A stretch of DNA of 64,000 nucleotides from Podarcis vaucheri (taxonomy: Eukaryota). Below are positions 51,784 to 64,000 of the stretch, piece by piece (within the stretch, counting starts at the first letter, position 1; each line of letters opens with the position of its first letter). Position numbers and translations under genes: made by a program. Location: the NCBI GenBank assembly GCA_965113315.1, contig OZ220369.1; one strand, 5' to 3'. The notes beneath the pieces were generated by a model. That model ran no database searches. It saw only the letters and a list, made by a program, of their open reading frames with translations, and was not told the DNA's origin.

Positions 51784-52278
51784 CTAAAGGAAGAAACAGA
51801 GCGTGTTAGCCCAGGAATATATCGTAAGTGGAGCAGTGACAGAATCACAACTAGCAAGAGATCTTCTGTCCATGACCCCTGTGCTATTCATTTATTTTAT
51901 TTGGAAGGCACGGACCATCCCATGGCATTGGGGCCCATCTGCAATTTGAAGGATTATTGCCCAGGCTGTGGCCTAGTCTCTCATGGAGGAGTAGGCTAAA
52001 GTCAGCCAGAATGAGCCTTGAGACTCCGAGGCCTAGTCCAAACCTCAAATCCACTGGAATCCCCAACCATAATGCTTTTAAATTGTGTCGCTGTCAGGGC
52101 AGCTCTCCAATTACCAAGAATGACCTTGTTTCTGAACGACTCTGGGCACATCGCTACACCTTTTGTTGCTAAAAGGTTCTATTATTAAGACATAGAGCCA
52201 TGCGGTTAATTTAACATTGTCCAGTGAGTCACCCATTAAGCTGGTGACAGGAGAGCGATGACAGAAGCACATTCTTAC

Positions 52279-52320
52279 CTGGCCTTAGAGACGCAGACCC
52301 ACATCAACAAGGTGAACCGT
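52279..52320 (-). other. Candidate non-coding 5' UTR mini-exon of HTR1D (42 nt)
   Basis: Acceptor tctctccattttccaccctcag|; donor CAG|GTAAGA. Confidence 0.5.
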
Positions 52321-53427
52321 CTGAGGGTGGAAAATGGAGAGATTGGAAACATAAATTTAAAAGCTTTACTAAGGATGGGAACACCCTTAATTCTTCTAGG
52401 GGTAAGCTTTCCTTTTTAATTTTTTTATCTTTAGTAGTTCTCATGGTTCGGGTTTCTAGCCTGTTACATATATAGTTGGTGAAAGTGCATTTTATTTCTC
52501 AAGCTTGAGAATGTTTTTGTCTGGCCTTTGTAAGTTCTGATCTTGCAGCCTTAAACTTTTGCTTGCTGATTAATATATGACATTTTACTGTACTCTATTG
52601 TATATTTTGTTGTTTTAATATGCTGTACACTGTGGGCCTTTCAGCTGCAGAGCAATATATATTAATAATCTGTAATAATAACTGTCATGATGATGATGGT
52701 GATGCTCTGGTAATAATAATTTTTTATACTCTGCCCTCCCCGGCCAAGACCGGGTTTAGGGCGGCTAACACCAAATATATAATACATTAAAAACACAAAA
52801 TCAAACAATTAGTTTAAAATACAATTCGAATCACATTTAAAATCAAAATAAAATTAAGTGGGAACCCACGAATCATAACCGTAGGGGCTGATAGAAAGAG
52901 CCAAGGAGGCCACTTACAGGATCCCATTGAAAGGAGGGGTCAGTCCTTTTCTAGAGGGAAAACTGGCAAGTGCACTGTTGTACCCATGTTCTGCTTTGGT
53001 CATCTGGTTGGTTACTGTGGAAACAGAAACCTTTGGTCTGATCCAGCCTGGTTCTCTTATGTTCTTAAACATTAGAAAATCAGGGCCTTTTCAGTGCTGG
53101 CACTGCAGTTGTGGCATTTTCTCCCTTGGGAGATTTGCCAAACCCCATTTTTTCCTGCTTTTAGAGGGTAACTGAAACCCTTTTTACACTGGAATTCTAT
53201 CTCCTTGCATTTGAAAAAGTTACTCTGTTCTGGATATTTTGTTTTCATTTGTTATTTTTGTAAGTCATTTAGGAATATATATTTTTAAGCAGGATATAAA
53301 CAATTAAAATAAATTCAATCACAGTTCCTTTTGCACTCTGTTGCAGGAAAATTTGATTACAGATACATTATGAAGGTGTTGCTAGGTTTACGTATAAATC
53401 AGCTCATCTTGCCTCTCATTTGTTCAG

Positions 53428-53428
<1 letters not shown>

Positions 53429-53474
<46 letters not shown>
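53429..53474. repeat. (AAT)n microsatellite
   Basis: Directly visible. Confidence 0.97.
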
Positions 53475-53477
<3 letters not shown>

Positions 53478-54347
53478 CAACTCTGGGCAGCTTTCAGCAG
53501 AATATAAAAACATAATAGCTGCAACAAAGTACAGAAGGAGCTGAATTTGGAAAGTTTTCAGTGAGCCATTGTGACTTTAACAAATAATGGTGTGTCCTAC
53601 AAAGGACAAGCAAATCCAAATGATAGAGTGTACTATAACATTGTTGGGAAATTGCTGTTTTGGATCTCATGCCATCGAAATCGTTTCACTTCCGAAAACA
53701 GTGCTTTGTACTACGTTTGGTATTTTATCAGTGCCATGCTTACAATCAGCTTTGTTTACAGTTCACGTCAAAAGGATATTTTTATGTTACATGTGTACGT
53801 ATATGGAGAAAAGTGCAGTAACTTGATTTTTGCAAGGTTAAAGGCTGCCAAGTAAAAGGCTTTTTCCCAGGCCTCTGGTAGTCTGGATTAAATAGTTCCC
53901 ATTGAATATGTCATGAGTTCTGCAAGAGGGATGAAATAACTCATCTGAGGCAGCTATCAGTATGAACAGTCATGGGCTAGTTATTTCAGCAGCAGTGGAA
54001 AAGAGAGTCATGCTTCCCTGTTCTGTTGACATTTGGCAGAAAACAGTCCTGGATTTTGTAAGATTCTGGACTCAAGAGTCTATAAAATTGCTGTCACTGC
54101 AACTGGGATTCCAAGGCAATGATAAAAAAAGGAAATAGTTCAGCCAAAATCTAAGACGGTATCCTGACAAAACCCTTCTTCTATACTTTTTTTGTTAAGT
54201 GACTAGACATCTCACTTCCATAAATGGCCAATGCTAAAATGTTATATATTATAGTGTTATAAATAAGTCCTCAGGTCTAATTCTGGGTTTGAAGGGGCCC
54301 TGGGCAAAAAGCCTTTGGTTGGGTCCTATCCCTGTTGGTGGGTCATA

Positions 54348-54719
54348 GCGGGTAGTGCTGTGGTCGAAACCACTGAGCCTCTTATGCTTGCCGATCAGAA
54401 GGTTGGCGGTTCAAATCCCCACAATAAGGTGGGCTCCTGTTGCTCTGTCCCAGCTCCTGCCAACCTAGCAGTTTGAAAGCATGCCGGTGCAATTAGATAA
54501 ATAGGTACCGCTGCAGCTGGAAGGTAAACGGCATTTCCGTGCGCTCTGGTTTCCGTCACAGTGTTCCGTTGCGCCAGAAGTGGTTTAATCATGCTGGCCA
54601 CGTGACCAAGAAACCTGTCTGGATAAACGCCGGCCTGAAAGCAAGATGAGTGCCGCAACCCCATAGTCGCCTTTGACTGGACATAACCATCCAGGGGTCC
54701 TTTAGCTTTTTACCTTTAC
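54348..54719 (+). mobile_element. Sauria SINE
   Basis: Same family, more diverged; TACCTTTAC tail. Confidence 0.85.
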
Positions 54720-55804
54720 TGCCTGTCCAAATAGTGACAGGCAGCTGGGTCTAGCAACCATTTTCATTTCTCACTGTGGCCCTATCTGGTTATCTTTGGC
54801 AGGATAGATGATATGTAGACAATACTAAATTTAATCCCTGCCATCTCTAGTTAACAGGTGGTGGGGACAGACCTCTGTTTTAGACCCAGAAGAGATGCCG
54901 CCAGTCAGAATAGCTACATGGACAAATATTACAAGACAATTTCCTGTGTTCCAGATTAACATAATATAAACCCTATAATATAAAGCTAATTGTTCATGTA
55001 TCCATGCTGATTTATTTTAAAATGCCTATTTTATTTACAAGCTACTTTTTCTCCACAGTGTTCAGAGTACTGTAATGTACAAGTTTCAATCTCTCTCCTG
55101 CTGCTGCCATGTTACCCTCACCTAGTAGGAAGGTTAAGACTAACAAAAAATTACAGATTCAAAATCACACAGAAAGCTTCTGCGCTTAAGTGTGTGGATT
55201 TGAACCCAGCCCCCGTCCCAGGTCCTAGTTTAACATACTGAGCCACTACTCCATGTTAGCTTTATTTTTATAGCCTGTTCCCCTCCCCCCGCCCGCCACA
55301 TATCGGTCCAAGGCAGCTTACGAAAACAAGCAAAAAGACTAATTATAAATCTAATATAACCAATCAAACCATAAGCGAAGCAGCATCAGTGCCAACATAA
55401 CTTTAAAAGGCAGTCATCAGCAATAGTCAAGTAAAGCACCTGGTGGTTAAATGCCTGGACAAAGCACACTGTACACACCTGGAACCAATCAGCTGGTTAG
55501 CTCCAGTGAGTGTTGCAAAATAGTGTACCACCTTACAAAAAGTCCTGTCTCATTTTAGCAGGGATGGGAAACCTGTGGTCCGCCATATGTTGTTAGACTT
55601 CAATGCCCATCAGTCCCAACTAGCATGAAATGGTATGGGATTATGGGAGTTGTAGTCAAGCAACATCTGGAACGCCACGTGTTCCTTATCTCTGCTCTTT
55701 CAGGTCAAACAGGGAAAACTATGGGTACCTAGTAGTCTGCTCGTAAACTAATCCCCCAAGAATTTGTCTAATCCTCTCTTACAACCATCTTTAGCTTAGA
55801 GGCG

Positions 55805-56704
55805 ACCTGGATGAATGAGTTGAGGGGATGCACATCAAAATTGCAGATGACATCAAACTGGGAAGGGTAGCTAATACCTACAGAAGATCGAATCAGGATT
55901 CAAGATGGCCTTAACAAATTGGAGAACTGGGCCAAGACTATCAAGATGAATTTCAGTAAGGGACAAATGTAAGGTTCTGCACTTAGACAGGAAGAACCAG
56001 ATGGGGAACATCTGGCTTGCCAGTAGTATGTATGAAAAGGATCTAGGGGTCTGAATAGATCACAAGCTGAACATAAGTCAACTGTGTGATGAAGCAGCAA
56101 AAAGAGCTAATGCTATTCTAGGTTGCATCAACAGAAGAATAATGTTTTTAGACCAAGGGAAGTAATAGGACTGCTATATTCTGCCTTGGTCAGACCACAC
56201 CAGGAGTACTGTGTCCAGTTCTGGGCGCCACAGTTTAAGAAGGTTGTTGACAAGCAAGAACATTCGCAGAGGATGGCAACCAAGATGATCACGGGTCTGT
56301 AAATCAAGCCTTATGAGGAATGGTTGATGGGGCTGGGAATGTTTAGCCTAGAAAAGAGGAGACTGAGAGGAGATATGATAACCATCTTCAAGTATCTAAA
56401 GGACTGTTGCATGAAAGATACAGCAAGTTTGTTTTCTCCTCTTCCGGAGAAAACCAATGGCTTCAAGTTACAAGAAAGGCAATTCTGACTAAACATCAGG
56501 AAGAACTTTCTGACTGTAAGAGCTGTTCAACAGTGGAACAGACTCCCTTGCAAGGTGGCAAACTCTCCTTCATGGGTGAAGGTTTTAAAGCAGAGATTGG
56601 ACAGCATCTGTCATAGATGCTTTAGTTGAGATTCCTGCATTGCAGTGGGTTAGACTAGATGACCCCTGGGGTCCCTTCCAACTCCACAATTCTATGATTC
56701 TATG
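55805..56704 (+). mobile_element. CR1 LINE 3' fragment, decayed
   Basis: Degenerate ADD motif, gagtactgtgtccagttctggg, ATTCTATGATTCTATG tail. Confidence 0.9.
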
Positions 56705-58053
56705 GACTGGTGGCAAAGAATTTCCCAAGTTAAAAATGAATGGCCCTTTTAAATCACTGCCCGGTTGCTACTGCTATTTCTCTTACCTGGTACTATATGT
56801 TTCAGTTGTGTGTTTGTAGATAGTTTTATCTGCATTTTCCTGTTAAATGCTTTATTCTAATTTTGTATATCCCCATACGAAGAACTGAAAGCAGGGTCTA
56901 GACTGTGGTTAATGGTGTGTGCGCAGAGTCCAAAAAGGAAGGCTGAAGATCGTTGGTCTATAATGTGACCCCAATCCAAGTGCACATGTTTCTCTGCGTT
57001 TGGCTAGGATTTGACGTTAGGGGGCACTGCAGCCTTCGCTTTCAGCTTTGGCAGCGAAAGCTAGATGAAGGAGAAAGCAGATCTCCTAGGCAAGCTGTTA
57101 AGCATGGATTCTCATTTAATGATTTGCCTCTATGGGGAAATAGCTATGAGAAACCAATGCTGGAATGTAAAATCCATTAGGTGAAACTGGGTGCTGGCAA
57201 GACCCACCTGTTCTTGTCTGTTCCTGTTCATAGGCCTTTCCTGTGAATCTGGCACTCCAGTGCAACCTTTTCACATGTGTTTCTCTTTAGAGTGGGGGTT
57301 GAAATTTCATTGCACAGTCCTGCTGATATTTTCCATAGCACATCAGGGGAAGAGCAATACTGTAGCTCAACGACAGAGCAAATGATTTGTGTGCAAAAAG
57401 TCCCATGCTCAGCCCCAAAGGATCTTGGTTATAGCAAGGCTAGGGAAAACTCTCCCCAGGCACCTGGAACAGGACTAGTTGGCAGGGTGCACTCCAAATG
57501 TTTTGAATTACAATTCCCATCAGCCTCAGCCAGGATGAGAAATGGTTGAGGATGACAAGACTTTGCAGCACATCTGGAGGGCATCTGTGGAATAAGCAGT
57601 GTAATGGAGGAGGACTATGGAAAAGGACTTGTAGAGTAATCCTGCCTGTTACATTTCTGGAACTAGAGCCCTGTTGAAGGAGATACTCAGCGCAGACCAG
57701 TAAAAGGTTGTAGGGGCCAGGAATGTCAAACTTGCCTGCTTTCAGCTTTGAATTCAGTCACTTCTGTGCCACCGTCTTGCATACAATTCCTCAGAAGTTA
57801 CTAGTCCATTAAGATAATCTACTTCATATAAGGGCCAAGGTGGACATGATGTTAACTGTGCAGCATCGAGACTGCAGGAGGAGGGAGAGTTTAACATACA
57901 CACACACACACCACTGTTTTCTTCCGGATAAAAGTAGCGGCTGGGGCAAGTTATTTAGTATGTACCACAATGGGTGTGTCTGTGTGTGTGTGACTCTGTC
58001 CCTCCCATATGGTCCCAGTACAGCTTAGCCACCTGCCCCCTATGTGGCTACTA

Positions 58054-58295
58054 CAGTGGTACCTCGGGTTAAGTACTTAATTTGTTCCGGAGGTCAGTTG
58101 TTAACCTGAAACTGTTCTTAACCTGAAGAACCACTTTAGCTAATGGGGCCTCCTGCTGCTGCCGCGCCGCCAGAGCACGATTTGTGTTCTCATCCTGAAG
58201 CAAAGTTCTTAACCTGAAGCACTATTTCTGGGTTAGTGGAGTCTGTAACCTGAAGCGTATGTAACCTGAAGCGTATGTAACCTGAGGTACCACTG
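58054..58295. mobile_element. Tigger-like MITE
   Basis: Same TIRs, TA TSD. Confidence 0.9.
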
Positions 58296-59960
58296 TATTA
58301 CATTTTTTTATGTTAATTGCATTTATACAATTAACATCACATCTAGTTCAGCCCTTAGTCATTAGTTTTATGGTACCTGCATTGGCCCACAGACTGAGCC
58401 AGTGGCACCACACATCCATCTCTCTTAGGATCAGAGAACTGTCTGGGTCTTAAACGAGTGCGTGCTTTTAATGTATTAAATTGCCGGCAAACTTCAATAG
58501 GTAAAAGGACTGGACACTTGCATTTTCAAATCCAGCCAAACCTGTCCCAGCACATTGGATTTGCCATGAATCTGCATGTAAAGTCTGAACTGCATTGTGT
58601 CCCAGAGTCTTTTTTCTTTGATTTTTAGGTTTGTTCTTGTATTATTTCAAACCTTGCCTGATGCCCCTTAAGGATCAGGGGTAGACAACCTGAAGATCTT
58701 CTCAGTAACATTAAATCCCTCTTTCTTCCAAGGTGGCACACATAGTTTTCCATTTCTCCATCTTATCCTTGTTCCAAGGTTTCACAGTAAGTTTCATAAC
58801 AAATTTAACCCTGAACACCCAAATCCTTGTCCAGTTAACATTCCTTCACCTTATTCTAAATTCTGGAAAAAAGATATAGAAATGAGTAAACTGGGTAAGG
58901 TCTCAAAATTTCCCTTTGGACTCAAAATTTATGGGATCCCTTGTTAGGGTCTTTAAAATTAACAGATTCAGGTTGAAATCCTGTACATACTTATCAGCGA
59001 GGCTTTGTACAGAGCCTATTATGATTCCCAGCCTAGGGTTGTTTGCTTTCTTTCTACCACTGAGCAACAACCCCTTCCCTATGATTTTGATGGGGGATTT
59101 GTTGGAAGAGATAGAGATCAGTAGGTGTGCTGAGAAAGAGTTCCTGACACAGTGGCCAGCAAATGGGCGGGGGGGAGGGGGAGGCAGAGTCATTAAAGGA
59201 TGCCCGGGATAGTGAATCTGGAAGACAGGACTGGCTCAAGACATTTTGGCACCTGAGGCGAACCACAAAAGGATGCCTTCCTCCCCACCAGGAAAGCAGG
59301 GGTGAGTGAAGATCAACACCATAAAGATATACATCGGGATCTGCTGCCTTGGTAGATCCTGCCTGTTATCTGAGGCAGTTACCTCACCTTGCTTCATGGG
59401 TGGGAGGGCTAGAAATCCTAGATACAGTTAGAGCAGGATATGAGTGAAGAATAATCACAACCATCATATCAAGGGGGATACGGACTCATACAGAGTGGGG
59501 AAACTCAGGCGTAAAAACTGACTCCAAGGGCGACATTCTGATAGCAGAGATAAAAATCTGTCACCAAGACAGCTAATGGCAAACAACAGTCGAAGGCTAA
59601 AACCCCACTGATTTAAATGGAATTCATCCCCCACATTAACCAGCCCTAACCAGATCTGCTGGAATAATGCTGGAACATTGTTTTTTGCTTAAGGCAGTGA
59701 TCTTATACACTCTTACGTGGCAGTAAGTCTCACTGAGCTCAATTGGCCTTGCTTCGCAATTACAGCTTAAGAGGCTAGCCTGACCCTAGCTCCGTGCGCA
59801 TGGCAGAATTGGCTAATGCAATACTTGAGTATGTAGCAGTAGGACAAGTGATCATTAATAATAATAATAGTAATGGAGCAAGTGGCAATTTTTTGCATGA
59901 GGCAACTGGAAGATTGTCCCTGCTTCTCTCCCACTGCAACCAATAGTGGCATAAACTATC

Positions 59961-60128
59961 GCAGCAAAACCTACAGTCCTGTGGCAACTTAAAAACTAAC
60001 AAGCTGATTGCAGTGGAAGCTTTTGTGGGTCAGGGAGCCCACATTTTCAGGTACAGGCTCTGGCCCATGGAAGATTATGCCACAATAAGTAAGTTTCAAG
60101 GTGTCATGGGACTCCTCCGTTTGCTTCC
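59961..60128. mobile_element. Old palindromic remnant of Penelope-type termini with a decayed hammerhead
   Basis: Minus strand CTGAAAATGTGGG..CCCACAAAAGCTT..TTGTTAGTTTTTAAGTTGCCACAGGAC; the plus strand carries a second decayed copy. Confidence 0.55.
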
Positions 60129-60559
60129 CTTCCTTAGCCCTTAAGCAGGAGTTTAGCTTGGACACAGCTGTACAAACCAGATCAATGATTTTATGCGGAT
60201 CTGCTCTATGGGCAAATAGTGGGGTTGGGGGGGGCGGCGGCGGCGATGTCTTAAAGCATCAAGATGTGAGGTCCAGACCCAGTCTACAAAGTGAAAGCTC
60301 ATGGAAATTTCTTTCCAATCATCCTGGATTTAGCTAGAAGTCGAGTCAGCTCACCAACTCTATTTCTGCCTTGATTCGGAAAGGCAAAACTGCAAGCCGC
60401 AGCTCCTAGATCTCATACAGAGTAGCTTGGATTGAATCAGACGATCGCCCATCAAACACTACATTTAGTCGAAGCAAGTTCTCCGTCTACATATGGCACT
60501 GTTACCCCACGCTACCAATCGCTTTCTCTCCTCTTCAAGTAGCATTTTGTCACCTAATC

Positions 60560-61520
60560 TTTGCTGAGTAGCCGTTTCCTCGCGTGCGCCAGAGTATCCC
60601 TTGCCCACAACCCCCCTTTCAGTTCCAAAAGTGGTGATTTCAAGGTGGTGGCATCTCTCGCAGCACGAAGGGAAATGGCAAGCCGCGTAGCCCCGTCGAA
60701 GTGGCCCGTGGCGTGGATCGCCACTGTCAACAGATTTCACTCCTGAGCTCCAAGTATCCCAAGTTGGACCAGGCAGCTGAAGCGGCTTTTGCTGAATATG
60801 TCCCTCCCGGAGCCCTACTCTTTCGCCCCGATCCCCCCGGCACACGCGTGTACACGCACATTCGCACGACTTACGGCAGACGCGGATACAAAACCACGTT
60901 CACTCCTGAGTTTCGCAGTCGGTCTGGCAACGCCAAGCCCCGCAAGGGGCTGCTGCTTCTTCAGGGAAAGAGGATCAGACGTTGCGATTAAGTGCGAGCG
61001 AGGAGCGCAAAAGTGCCCCGTCCTTCCTTTCCTCCTCCTCTGCCGTAGCTGCTCCTCCTCCACGTGGCGAGCTCCTCCGAACGCGGCGGTTCTCACTCCG
61101 GTCCGGCCGGGTCAAAAGGTACGCCCCCCTCGGGTCTCTGCTGACGCCTGAAGCGTACAGTTCTCACTCCGGTCGGAAAATGGAAGCGTCACCGCCTCCG
61201 TCCCGGCGCAGGACTGGGAGCCCTTTCAAAAACTCTTTTAAGGCGCCTCTGCCCAGGCAGCTGCGAATTCCCCGACGGCGGAAGGAAAACGTTGAGGAGC
61301 AGCAGCAGCAGCAGCTCTCCGGCGAGGGCTCAGCTGCCTGAACTGAGGGAGGTTTGTTTCATTCAGGTGGCGGCGGCAGCGGGTGTGCCGATGGAGGGAT
61401 CGGCTGTCCGATCCTCTGAGACCTCCTAGATTACATATGGAACTCCCCCCCATCCCCGAGAAATTCGCTGAGCAAGGGAGGGAGGGAAGGAGAGACGGGA
61501 GGGCGAGACCCGTTCAAGCT
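60560..61520 (-). promoter_or_regulatory. CpG island, probable HTR1D promoter / first non-coding exon
   Basis: Abrupt rise in GC and CpG density about 11 kb upstream of the minus-strand CDS; candidate donor GCC|GTAAGT at 60875/60874. The assignment to HTR1D is inference. Confidence 0.6.
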
Positions 61521-64000
61521 GGTTTCTTCCATGCAACCCCCCCCCCCCGCATGTTTACTGAATCCAGCCCGTTAAAAATCCAGCAATCGTTGCAATGCAT
61601 GTTTAAAGGGAAATAAAAAATGCCTTTCGTCTATAATTTATCACTTGTTGTTGTTGTTTGTTGATTAAAAAAAACACATATCTTAGAAGAAATGGGATGT
61701 GTTGACTGTTTTTCAAATGAAATTTCTGCCTAAACCCACCTATAAATTTCCTTTGTAAAACGATGGAGGGGAGTTTGTTTATATGTGTGCTTCCCATTCT
61801 TGTATCTGGGAAATTTGGGGGGAAATTATAATGGAGTAAAAAGGAAAAGGTGAAGGACAAGAAAGGGAGTCTTAATATGACAGTATAACTTGTTGATTTC
61901 CTTTAGAAGCACCCAACATAAGGATGCATTATTCGTTTTATAATGCCGAATTCAAGGACGACTAGAAGGATTTGTGCAGTAGTTGTGGAGACCATCACAT
62001 GGGGAGGACTGTAGAAATAACTTATGGGTTTTGGATAAGCACATTCCTCCTGAGCAAAAGATTGTTGGCTGTTGTGCCATACTTGCTGTCGGGGGAATTG
62101 CTTCCCTGGAAGTGGAGAATACGAAAGATGATGCATTTAAATTGTCCCTCATTTCCTCACCCTTCTGAATGAGGATGAGCAAGAAAAAAACTGGGAAAGG
62201 CCCAGAGCACAGTGATCAAGCAAACATGCAGAAGGGCCCAAATTCAGGCTACTAATACCATACCACAGAACTCAACTGGAGCTTATTTCTGAGTAGATAT
62301 GTTACACAATTGCATTGCCCGTCATTTGCATCTTCGCTTAGAAGGATCTCAGCTGTAGCAATGGGAAGGTGACTTCCCCTATGAGTCCCCACAGACCTTC
62401 TGCCAGTCAGATTTAGACAATTCTAAGCCAGATGGACCAGTAGCTGAACTCACTATTCTTCAGTATGTTTAAATCTGAACACTAATGGAAGGCCACTTCT
62501 TCTTCTGGCAGGGTTGCCAAAAATAGAATGGGTGATGCTGTCTCCACCATTTGCATCTTTATGCTAGAAAAAGTTCTGTCTATTGCTAGTTTCCCCAATC
62601 ACTTCCACATCATGTGATTAAAGCACACGGCTTTGCCCAAAGAATCCCGGGAACCCTGCACAGAGCTACAGTTCCCAGCACCCTTAATAAACTGCATATC
62701 CCAGGATAGTTTAAGAGAAGCCAAGTGTTTTAGATCTGATTTAGATGTACTTTGAACAGTTATTAGTTGTTCCCAGTGCTTTTTTCTGGGGGGATGAAGG
62801 GGTACGCATACCCATAAACATTTTGTGAATCTAACGGGAGAAGAAACTATTTTTTTATAAAAGTTTTTTTTTAAAAAAATAGTTTCTTCTCTAGCACGGT
62901 GAATTGGAGTCTCAGATGTGTGAAGTAGGAGTTGGAATCTAGCACGGTGATTGGTCAGCTTCATTGTTACCACCTCTGATGGCGGCTTCATTTCGTTTTC
63001 CAGTGTTTCCTGAGTCTCAGGCAGAAGCGAGCCTTTAATGTGTGGAGCAGTGTGGAATGTGGATGTGTGGTGTTTTACTGATGAAAGTTTGGCCTCATTA
63101 AGGGGCAGCACAGTTCAATATGAGTAGGAAAATCACTAACTATTTTTCATCATCACAGCCAGCAAAGAAGTATAATGTTAAGGATGACTCTGTACTTTTG
63201 TCCGTTTCCTGTATTTATTTTCCCCAATTTGAATTATAAAATGGTGATTTTCTTGAGTCAAAATGAGAGTACCCCTAAACATTTTTTAAAGAAAAATAGC
63301 ACTGGTTGTTCCTATCTACTACCTGGGGCAATTTATCAGACCAGTGGAATAGGTTAGACATTAGAGAGCAAAGGACTCACACAATGTGCAGTTGGCCCAG
63401 CCTGGCATGTGGAACCCCGCTAAATCCTACTAGACAATGCAAGATCAATGCAGTATCATGTTACAGACGCCTCAAGTCTGACCCAGTAATTTAGTAATTC
63501 TGCTACAACATTCCTCCCCACCAAAAAGAATCAGAAATGGGAGCATAAGTGAATTTTAATTTCCTCCTTTGTTTACGCCTGGTCATGAAAACGTGTGTTC
63601 CGCAAGGCAGAGGAGACCAAATGTTGCTTACCTTATGAATGCGCCATCAAGCACATTCCAAAACACAGGTTTTAAGCCAAAAGATTAAATTACTGATAGA
63701 ATGCAGCGAATGCGGAAGGAGATGTTAACCTCGCCGGTTTTAATTTCCTTGCTCCTGAGGGCGGCCATAAAAGAAAGATTGTTTAGATGAAAGGAAGACG
63801 CACAGCAGGAAATTCATAGGAAGAGTTGAAGTTATGAATGTGAGAAGCCGACACCGTCTTTCGAAAAGCCGATGAGTCATAGCATACAAGGATTCCAGAA
63901 GACGAGACAAATACCTTAGAGGGCCCCCTCCACCCCACAAACGGCAGATTGTTTTTTAGTGACAGATTTGTTATTAAAAAGCACCTGGGAAAGAAGAAGA

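Noticed and set aside
60465-61453. Several 90-126 aa ORFs in the second CpG island
   Set aside because: Expected stop-codon depletion in GC-rich DNA.
62599-63111. 170-aa minus-strand ORF
   Set aside because: Runs through a MITE remnant and A/T runs, has a non-ATG start, and shows no recognisable homology.

Overview
Eukaryotic genomic DNA from a squamate reptile, most likely a lacertid lizard, judged from Sauria SINEs, a Bov-B LINE, CR1/L2 fragments and many MITEs. The only host protein-coding sequence I can support is the intronless CDS of the serotonin receptor HTR1D (48239..49375, minus). Its 5' UTR appears spliced: an acceptor at 49506/49507, two small candidate exons, and a probable promoter CpG island at ~60.6-61.5 kb. 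A second CpG island at ~31-32 kb looks like another gene's promoter (LUZP1 by recalled synteny, inference only). The most striking structure is at 6.5-12 kb. A young Penelope-like retroelement (RT + GIY-YIG) forms a ~1.35 kb near-perfect inverted repeat inside a (TA)n microsatellite, and each arm carries a minimal hammerhead-ribozyme motif. One arm was later interrupted by a 1.74 kb ORF-less L1-type element with an 18 bp TSD. Three older palindromic remnants with decayed Penelope-like termini lie elsewhere. Family names come from recalled consensus features, not database searches, and the coordinates of old repeats are approximate.
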